A stretch of DNA of 64,000 nt from Mobula hypostoma. Taxonomy: Eukaryota. The stretch covers positions 105,836,001 to 105,900,000 of the forward strand of contig NC_086097.1 in assembly GCF_963921235.1 (NCBI RefSeq). Reading direction: 5' to 3'. This document shows positions 56,201 through 64,000 of this stretch, piece by piece. Position 1 is the first letter of the stretch; every line of letters begins with the position of its first letter. The notes under the pieces are model-generated. The model was not told where the DNA came from. It saw only the letters and a program-made list of their open reading frames with translations, and did no database searches. Position numbers and translations under genes: made by a program.

Positions 56201-56571
56201 TGTTTCCATCAGGTTTGCAGTCACTACCTTTTAGTAAAATATACATGTATTCTCCTTTGAATGCGAAAGCACTGTATGCTTTGAGAAACCAACTTTTTTA
56301 TTTTGAATACCTAAGCTATATAATAGCTCTCACACATCTCAGGATCATGTGGGGAGTTATGTTAAGATATTTTCTATAGGCTTGGAGTCAGTAGTTTTGA
56401 GTAAAATTGAAATGTATTCTCTTTCAATACTAATGCACTGTATGCGCTGAGAAATCAACTTTTTTATCTTGAACAGCTAAGTGATATAACAGGTGTCAAA
56501 CATCTCAGAATCATGTGGCGAGTTATGTTAAGATGTTTCCATCAGGTTTGCAGTCACTACCTTTTAGTAAA
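53215..56571 (+). repeat. Terminal higher-order repeat of satellite B: alternating dimer organised as a ~1.0-kb 6-mer
   Basis: cactaccttttagtaaaatttacctg occurs at ~53215, ~54551 and ~55554, with a truncated start at ~56556. Identical spurious ORFs at 55181 and 56182 are offset by 1001 bp. Confidence 0.88.
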
Positions 56572-58088
56572 GTGGTCACCCAATTTACGTTGGGTTTCAC
56601 CTATGTAGAAGAGGCTGTATTAGGATCACTGGATACAGTGGACAACCTCAACAGATTCATAGGTGAAGTGTTGCCTCGATCGGAAGGACTGTTTGGGAGG
56701 TGAATGGACAGGTGTACCATTTCTGCCACTCGCAGGGATATGTGCAAAGAGGAGGATTATTGGTGAGACAAGGGAATCTTGGGAGGAGGGATCCCTGCAG
56801 AAAGGAAGTAAAGATGTGGTTGGTGGTAGGGTCCCGTGAAAGATGGTGGAAGTACAGAGAATATTGTGTTAGATGCAGAGACTCATGTGCTGGTAGATAA
56901 GGACAAGAGCAACTGTATCCCTGTTAAGATGGCATGAAGATGAGATGAGTGCCGATATATGGAAAATGGTGGAGATGCAGGTGAAGCCAACATCAATGGT
57001 AGAGGAAGGGAAACCCTGTTCTTTGAAGAAGGTGGACATCTCTGATATCCTAAAAAGGGAAGCCTCCTCCAAGGAAGAGATGCGGATGAATGTACAGATA
57101 AACTGAGAAAAGGGACTGACATTCTTACAGGAGGGTGGGAAGAGGTATCGTCAAGGTAGCCATGGGAATCAGTAGGTTTATAAAAGATATGGGTAGTTTG
57201 TCTCCAGAGATAGAGACAGAGAGATTGTGAAAGGGGAGAGAGGTATCAGAAATGGACCACGTGAATTAAGGGCAGGGTGGAAGTTGCAGGCAAAGTTGAT
57301 GAAATTGGTGTGTGAAATTGGCATGGGTGTATGAAGCAGCACCAGTGCAGTCATCCATATAGCACTGAAAGAGTTGGGTAGTATTATCAGGGAAGGTTAG
57401 GAAGATGGACTGTTCCACGAAGCCATCTAAAAGGCAGGCATAGCTGGGGCCCATGTGGGTACGCATGGTTACCACCTGAATTTGCAGAAAGTGGGAGCTG
57501 AAAAAAAAAATTTTGAAGGTCAGTTCTGGCAGACAGAGAATGGTGGTAGTGGAGAGGAACTGATTGAGTCTGTTGTCAAGAAAGAAACAGGGAGCTTTTT
57601 CATGGTGTATAGGAACTGAACATCTATGGTGAAAGTAAGGCAGTCAGGGCAAGGGAATTGAAAGTTACTGAGGAGATTGAGAGCACGTGAAGTGTCCCAG
57701 ATGTAGGTGGCAAGGGACTGAACGAAAGAGAATAGAATATTGAGATATGCGGCCAGAAGTTCAGTGGGAGAGAAACAATGGGCCGACCTGGACAGTAAGG
57801 TTTGTAGATCTTGGGTAGGAAACATGGACAAGCAGTGCAGGGTAAGGGAGCTATGAAGTCAGTGGCAGTGGATGGTAGATCTCTGGAGTTGATTGTGTTG
57901 GAGACAATTTTCTGATGGTGCAAAGTGGGCTGCTTTCCAAGGGATAAGTAAGAAAGGGTGTCTGAGAGTTGCCACCTGGCCTCAGCAAGGTAGAGGGAGA
58001 GGTCAGTCCGTCACACTACAAAGGCATTCCCTTTTCTGCGGGTTTGGTGGTGAGATTGGGACTGGTGCAGAAAGTGTGGAGGGAGTGC
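56572..58088 (-). mobile_element. Decayed Penelope-like retroelement (RT plus start of GIY-YIG endonuclease), truncated at both ends
   Basis: Minus-strand frames give NLTTKPAEKG, LPKIYKPYCPGRPIVS, TIDVQFLYT, MGPSYACL, YMDD and EMSTFFKEQGFPSSTI. At ~56572-56680 they give RQHFTYESVEVVHCIQ*...LFYIGETQRKLGDH (YIG motif). Many stops and frameshifts. Confidence 0.9.
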
Positions 58089-58894
58089 TTTAAACTAATA
58101 TGGCAGGGGCATGGGAACCGGTATGATAGAGTTGAGGATGAGCCAGCATTACAAGTAGATGATAGACGAATGTAAGGAAGGAAAAGCCAATGATTGGGTA
58201 CAAATGCAGACAGAACAAAGAGTTAAATTGTACCACAGAGGCAAAATTCAGAAGGACGAAGGATGCAAGACTGAAGGTTTTGTTTTAAAATGCATGTAGT
58301 ATTTGGAATAAGGTGGATGAACCCGTGACACAATTAGAGATTGGTTGTTATGACATTATGGGCATCACTGAGTTGTGATTGAAAGAAGGCCATAGTTGGG
58401 AGCTTAACGTCAAAGGATATACTTTGTATTGAAAGGACAGGCAGGAAGGCATAGGTGGTTGTGTGGCTCTGTTGGTAAGAGATGGAACTACATCTCTGGA
58501 AAGAGGTGACATAGGTCAGAGAATGTTGAATCTTTATAGGTGGAGTTAAAAAACTGCAAGAGTGAAAAACCATTATGGAATCATGTATAGGCCTCCAAAT
58601 AATAGCCAAGATGTGGGGTTCAGAACGCAAAGGGAACTGGAAAAGGCAAGTAATAACGGTAACGTCACAATTGTAATGGGGGACTTCAAAATGCAAGGGG
58701 ATTGGGAAAAGCAGGTTGGTGTTGGATCACAAGAGGGGAAATGTGTTGAGTGCCCATGAGATGGCTTTTTAGAGCAGCTTGTGCACGAGCCTACTCGGGA
58801 AAGGCTATTCCCAAGGTGTTGTGTAATAACCCAGATCTTATTAAGGAGATTAATGTAAAGGAACCCTTAGGAGGCAGTGATCATAATATGATTG
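58089..58894 (+). mobile_element. Old CR1 fragment: inter-ORF region and ORF2 AP-endonuclease domain
   Basis: Degenerate translation NACSIWNKVDE...YDIMGITE...KDRQEGIGGCVAL...YRPPN...MGDF...FLEQLVHEPTR...PLGGSDHNMI, with internal stops. Confidence 0.88.
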
Positions 58895-58957
58895 GAAGGA
58901 CTAGATAGGATGGATGTGGAGAGGATGTTTCCTATGGTGGGGTATCCAGAACTAGAG
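58895..58957 (+). mobile_element. Short CR1 ORF2 C-terminal fragment
   Basis: GLDRMDVERMFPMVG followed by SRTR in a shifted frame, homologous to GLDRLDTGRLFPMSGRSRTR of copy 2. Confidence 0.75.
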
Positions 58958-59257
58958 ACCTCGCAGATTTCGGGCACACTGCTCGTGCCTTCCACAGTGA
59001 AGACTCATGCAAAATACCCATTAAGTTCATCTGCCATTTCTCTGTCTCCCATTACTACATCACCAGCGTCATTTTCCAGTGGTTCAATATCAACTCTCAC
59101 CTCCCCTTCCCTCTTTATATAACTGAACTTTAAGTATCCTCCTTTATATTATTGGCTAGTCTGCCCTCATAGTTCTTCTTTTCCTTTCTTATTGCTTTTT
59201 TAGTTGCCTTTTGTTGGATTTTAAAAGCTTCCTAATCATACAACTTTCCACACACTT
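58958..59257 (-). mobile_element. Old CR1 ORF2 tether-region fragment, inverted
   Basis: Reverse complement reads WEAFKIQQKATKKAIRKEKKNYEGRLANNIKEDT...EMADELNGYFA*VFTVE, typical of the CR1 region between endonuclease and RT. Confidence 0.82.
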
Positions 59258-60839
59258 AAAACACCTCAATCAGTCCCAGCCCGTGTATCGGTCATTAAAA
59301 TGAACATCTTACCCTGCATTAATTTTATCAGCTCAATGACCCCACTTGCACCTCCAGCAGGATATTGGGAAAAACTGGACTCCTTATTCTGATGCTATGT
59401 TTGGAATGGTAATCGACCCAATATAAAGTGGTCAGCTTCTACAATTCAAAAAGTCGGATGGGGGATTGGCATGTCCAAATTTTAAATTGTATCACTGGGC
59501 ATTTGTTTTAAAAAGTCTTAGCTATTGGATGGAGGAGGATAAAGTTTCATCATGGAAAAATATAGAACAAGAGCTAATAGCACCAATAAAGTTGAAGGGC
59601 CTTCTCCTTGTGGGTATGTCTACCAAAAAATGTGATTTGTATTACAGTCCAATTTTAACCCATATGCTACAAGTGTTTAGAGCAGCAGAAAAATTCCTGA
59701 AATTTAAAAGCGTATGGTGCAATTATCTCCAATATGGAACAATAATCATTTTCTATCTTGGGGGAAACCATTCCCTAACAGAACTTGGGAGGATAAAGGT
59801 ATTACTACTCTTCAAGATATTAATGGGACAAGTACTATCCTTAGCCTTCAAGAACTGATATCTCAATATAATATAATATAATATAAACACTCTCTTTTCT
59901 TCTACTTTAGAGTAAGATCAGCTTGTAAAGCCTATGGCATTCCCTGGGGGTCAGATTTAAAGGACCATCCCACTTTAAGTTGGATACAGTGGTCCAGGAC
60001 AGATAGTGCCATATATCTATGATAAATAAAACTCCCAGAAATATATGCCCACATCAGAAATGAAAGCCTGGGATAGGGACATATCTGAATTGGGACAAGA
60101 CTAAGTCTGGGATGCAATTTGGGATAATGCTGCCGGTGCTTCGAAAAGTCCAAATCATTGGTATATACACTTGAAATTTTGTCATAGAGCATATTTAACA
60201 CTGAGAATTAGACATCAAATGGGACTGGTTCCTGACCCTTATTGCTCATTTTGCCCCCACGGAACCATTGGCTCTTTTATACATGTTGTATGGGAATGTC
60301 CAGGGGTTTTTGGTTTGCGGGGGAAGGTGATCAGTACTCTTACAGAACCAACGGGGGTACAATTACCAATGGACCCCACTGTACATCTTCTAAATGATGA
60401 CTCCCACCTTTCCCTTATGGAAAAAACACGCAAAGTCTGGCTGGCAGGCCTGACTTCAGCTAAGAAGATTGTAGTCCAGCATTGGAAACCTCCCCATGAT
60501 GTTTCAAATATTCACTGGCTTCGGAGCTTTTTGGACATTTCTTACCTGGAACTTGCATCAGCAAGAGTAAGTGATGCACGGCCAAACATAATTTTAATGT
60601 GGACAAATTTTGATATCTAACTTAAAAGATCTTTTGTTAAAATAGGAATGCTTTGTCTGTGTATGCACTACTATCCAGTTGGTTAGTGGAGGGGAGAGGG
60701 ATGGGTGGGAGAGAGGGGTGGAGGGGGGATGGTAGTGAAGGTTGGAGGGTGGCTGGGTTAAAGTCAAAATGTAATTGGCAATTCGTTGTATTGAATATCA
60801 TTTGTTGGTGTTGCAATAAAATTTAGTAATTAAAAAAAA
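59258..60839 (+). mobile_element. L1-clade (L1/Tx1-like) LINE, 5'-truncated 3' portion: ORF2 C-terminus with CCHC knuckle, 3' UTR and short poly(A)
   Basis: RVSVIKMNILP, GGLACPNFKLYHWA and KFCHRAYLT...CSFC...HVVWEC; stop at ~60620; G-rich UTR; AATAAA at 60815-60820; A8 at 60832-60839. Frameshifted. Confidence 0.88.
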
Positions 60840-61135
60840 CCTCATTAACTCAATCAAATTCATGAGACCCATTTTCCATGAACAAAGTCATGTTGATTAT
60901 TCCGAATCAGTCCCTGCCTTTCAGACAGATAGATCCAATCAGTCAGAATCTCACCATAACGGATATTAGGCTCACGAGCTGGTGTTTCCCGGACTGTTAA
61001 TGCAGCTTTCCCTAAATAAAGGCACAACATTTGTTACAGTCCCATCTTCTAGTACCTCAGCCATGGTGAATGGAGATACAATCATCTCTGCCATTGCTCA
61101 AGCAGTTTGTTCCTTTGCTTTACACAACATCCGTG
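60840..61135 (-). mobile_element. Highly decayed CR1 RT N-terminal fragment
   Basis: Reverse complement resembles EVLEDGTVTNVVPLFRES...PGN...LIRNNQHDFVHGK, compared with VPEDWRVANVTPLFKKG...PGN...QSQHGFVKGK in copy 2. Confidence 0.7.
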
Positions 61136-61140
61136 GGAAA

Positions 61141-63372
61141 ATTTTTCAAGATGGTGCCGGTATCTGGTGATTCTGCGTGTGCTCTCCCGAGCAAACTGCC
61201 CTCCACACTATCCTATATCTAAGAAACCCTTCTAAACCTCCGATCTGCTACATCTAGCTGGAGATCACCACGCCAGAATTGCTTCTTAAACTCCGGACCG
61301 CACCTGGACCCGACCAGCGAGACCTGGTCCGAGGCCCACCACATTCCCGGACACCGCACCTGGACCTGACCAGTGAGACCTGGTCCGAGGCCCACCACGT
61401 TCCCGGACACCCGTGGTCTGCTACCATGCCAGAGAGCTTGGAGACGTGGCCCATTCCGACCAGTACCTCTCCGGAACAGATGACCACACAGAAGTGATGT
61501 CGGAGACCTCAAGGTGCCCCAAGGTTCGGAAATAGAGCCGAGGCATGGCTGGAGAGGAGGCCTCCGCAACCTTGACTCAGCTCATGGACTTATTCAGCCA
61601 GGAGCCTGGCCCTCCCGGATTATGTGTCGGCTTTGCGGCCCGACCCATTCGACAGCCCAGGCCCCTGGTGACTGGAAGTTGCAATGGAGCCTCCCCTGTC
61701 ACACGGCCCGACCCGGAGCGCCCAACGACGCAACCCACTGACTGATCCCCGCAGGACGCGTCCACCAACCTCAAAGAGCTGACAACAACACACTGCATCA
61801 ATGGAAACCTGGAAAGATGCACTATTTACCGAGGAAGCGTGGGAAAAGAACTGGGCTGCTGGTCAGATTGAAGCTGAGAGGCTTCAGGGTCCCTATGCCC
61901 ACCATCCTACTAGCTAATGTGCAAGCCATAGAGAACAAGGTGGATGATCTTATCGGGAGACTCACCTACTGCAGGGAGATGCAGAACTGCTGTGTATTCT
62001 GTTTCACCAAGACCTGGCTCTCCCCTGCCACCCCCGACTGTGCCATCCAACCGGAGAGATTTTCGATCCATTGGATGGACCGCACGGTGTTTCCGGGCAA
62101 GATGAGGGGAGGTGGTGTCTGTCTACTGATCAACATTGTGTGGTGCTTGGACACAGTGGCACTGACAAGATCCTGCAGCCCGGACCTGGAACACCTGTCC
62201 GTGAAGTGTCCTCCGTACTATCTGCCACGGGAATGCACCTCAGTCATACTGACAGCAGTCTACATTCCCCGCACCCTCCCGAGGTGGACGTGGAGTGTAT
62301 TCTGAACATACTGTATGCCAACATCAGTGAACTTGAGACGAGGTATCCGGAGGCTTTGCTCGTTACAGCCGGGGACTTTAACCAGGCCATCCTCAGAAAG
62401 GCGCTGCCAAAGTCATACCAACATGTCTCCTGCCCCACTAGAGGCCCGAATATACTTAACCACTGCTACACAGCAGTCAAGGATGCCTACCGTTCCGTCC
62501 CATGACCTCACTTCGGAAAATTGGACCATCAGGCCGTACTCCTCCTCCCAGCTTACAAACAGAAACTGAAGCAGGAGGACACGGTGTCAAGAGTGGTGTT
62601 GCGTTGGACGGAGGAAACGGATGAGGTCCTCCATGACTTCTTTGAATCGGTGGACTGGTTAGTATTCAAGGACTCGGCAGCTAACCTCGATGAGTATGCC
62701 CTAGCTGTCACAGACTTCATCTGGAAATGCACAGAGGACTGTGTGTCTCGAAGGATGATCAGGGTATTCCCTAACGGGAAACCTAGGATGAATTATGAGG
62801 TCAAGTCCCTTTTGAAGGCTAGAGCTGCAGCTTTTAGGTCCGGGGATACCAGTCGCTACACGGAATCCAGGCACAAACTCCAGAAAGCCATTAAGGGCGC
62901 CAAGAGGCAATATTAATCCAAGTTGGAAGCCCAGGCTAACCAGAGGGATGCCGGTAAACTATGGCAGGGTCTAAATGAGACCACTGGGCGCAATGAAAAG
63001 GCTGGGAATATCAATAACTGTGGCGCTTCTCTTCCTGACGAACCTAACGTATTCTACGCAAAATTCGAACAGAAGAGGAGCATTCCGCTCCCTCCAGATG
63101 AACCGGAGCTGATGGCATTGAAATTCATCATCACTGAGGAGGACGTTAGAAGGGCCTTCCTGAAGATAAATCCAAGGAAGGCGACGGGCCCAGATGGCGT
63201 CCCGGGACAGGTTCTCTGGGCCTATGCAAGCGAGCTAGCTGGAGTGTTTGCTGACATCTTCAACTGCTCCTTGCTTCAGTCTAAGATCCCCTCGTGTTTT
63301 AAGAAGGAAACAACAATCCCGGTGCCGAAGAAGAGCAAGGTGGTATGCCTAAATGACTATCCACTTGTGGCA
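61141..63372 (+). mobile_element. Rex1/Babar-like non-LTR retrotransposon: 5' leader, AP endonuclease, tether and beginning of RT; 3'-truncated and pseudogenised
   Basis: PTILLANVQAIENKVDDL, CCVFCFTKTWL, GKMRGGGVC, AVYIP, AGDFNQA, TRGPNILNHCYT, DHQAVLLLPAYKQKLK, KINPRKATGPDGVPG and IPVPKKSK...LNDY. One frameshift near 62270 and stops at ~62503 and ~62914. Clade assignment is from motif recognition; the 5' boundary is approximate (aagatggtgccg at 61148). Confidence 0.85.
61298..61409 (+). repeat. Two tandem copies of a 56-bp GC-rich unit in the Rex1-like 5' leader
   Basis: ccgcacctggaccYgaccagYgagacctggtccgaggcccaccacRttcccggaca at 61298 and 61354, with 3 mismatches. Confidence 0.92.
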
Positions 63373-64000
63373 ATATAACAAGCAATGCTTCTGCTGGAGA
63401 AACAACAAGATTGCTTTAGATAGAAACTTGTTTCGCTCCTAACATAAACCTCTGGCTTTCTGCCAACCAATATACATTCCTGCTTACTGCTTCCTGACTG
63501 CACAGGAAGTGACCTAATACAGATCTGAAACTGCTCTTTAAAATAAAAGTAGAACATGGTTAATCACAAAGAAAAACATAAATGCCTTGCTCAAATGGCA
63601 GAAGAGAGATAGATCTCTTATTTTGTAACACTGCAGAATAAACTGTAAAAGCTACCAAAGAAATTAATTGCAGGAAAACAATAAAGTATAAGCTTATAAT
63701 AAGGTAGATTTTGAAGTCAAGGGTCCACCTTATCACAAAAGAGGTTTATTCAAAAACATAACCACTGGAAGATCCAGGATAGTGTTAAAGACAAAGAGTA
63801 AAAACTATCAAGAAAATATCCTAGAAGATTAAAACATCCAATATGCCTTGACATTTATAAATATTATCTGAATGCAGTTAGACTTATCTTTATGAATAAC
63901 ATTTGTTAACTTGCTAATGTTATTCATTTGCCTTATTTTTAAAGAGGAAGTCATGTGGTGTTTGCTTCCAACCTGCTAGGTGCAATAACTAACAACAGGT

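Larger units (their letters stand above)
13181..56571 (+). repeat. Satellite array, subfamily B, 167-bp monomer (roughly 250 monomers), same orientation as and homologous to subfamily A
   Basis: ACTGAGAAATC recurs at 30387, 30554 and 30721 (period 167). Consensus: gaaatcaacttttttatcttgaatagctaagtgatataacaggtgtcaaacatctcagaatcatgtggggagttatgttaagatgtttccatcaggtttgcagtcagtacctttgagtaaaattgaaatgtatacttctttcaatgccaatgcactgtatgcactga. Shares the blocks aatcatgtggg, tgtttccatcaggtttgcagt, gtaaaattgaaatgtatact and tgtatgcactgaga with A. Confidence 0.97.

Noticed and set aside
750..56379. Dozens of 60-100-aa ORFs with recurring peptides (METPLVNFPHD..., MGSYVKMFPSGLQS..., ...KHLRIMWGV...)
   Set aside because: They are chance translations of satellite monomers. 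The 167-bp period is not a multiple of 3, stops are frequent, and no domain is recognisable.
1..56571. Repeat array beside a reverse transcriptase, superficially like CRISPR-RT, retron or DGR systems
   Set aside because: There are no unique spacers, cas genes or template/variable repeat pair. The RT is a vertebrate CR1 LINE ORF2 with its own 3' UTR and tail.
59865..59884. (AATAT)4 microsatellite inside the L1 ORF2 remnant
   Set aside because: Ordinary slippage in a dead element.
59258..60850. Possible target-site duplication for the L1 copy (aaaacacctcaat vs aaaaacctcatt)
   Set aside because: The match is imperfect, and the left copy may be L1 coding sequence.
63373..64000. AT-rich terminal segment; 63700-63770 faintly resembles a LINE 3' UTR remnant
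   Set aside because: No ORF, convincing exon or confident repeat match can be supported by eye.

Overview
Eukaryotic repetitive DNA with no host gene, RNA gene or CRISPR array. It is probably from a shark or ray, inferred from a CR1 LINE 3' end of the HER1/HE1 type. Positions 1-56571 are one head-to-tail array of an AT-rich, CpG-poor ~167-bp satellite. Subfamily A (1-13177) has several monomer types in a recurring order. It joins out of phase to subfamily B (13181-56571), which changes in layers and ends in a ~1-kb 6-monomer higher-order repeat. Three young, 5'-truncated copies of one CR1 family interrupt the array. Two of them (13893-15456, +; 19127-19294, -) break the monomer at essentially the same site, AGATGTT(T)|CCAT. 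That site matches the LINE's (TTTCTATG)n tail and is one arm of an inverted repeat in the B monomer. This possible satellite-site-biased retrotransposition is the most interesting signal, but it rests on very few events. From 56572 to ~63372 lie decayed retroelements: a Penelope-like element, CR1 fragments, an L1-clade 3' end and a Rex1/Babar-like 5' part. About 0.6 kb of AT-rich unassigned sequence follows. All comparisons were made by eye.
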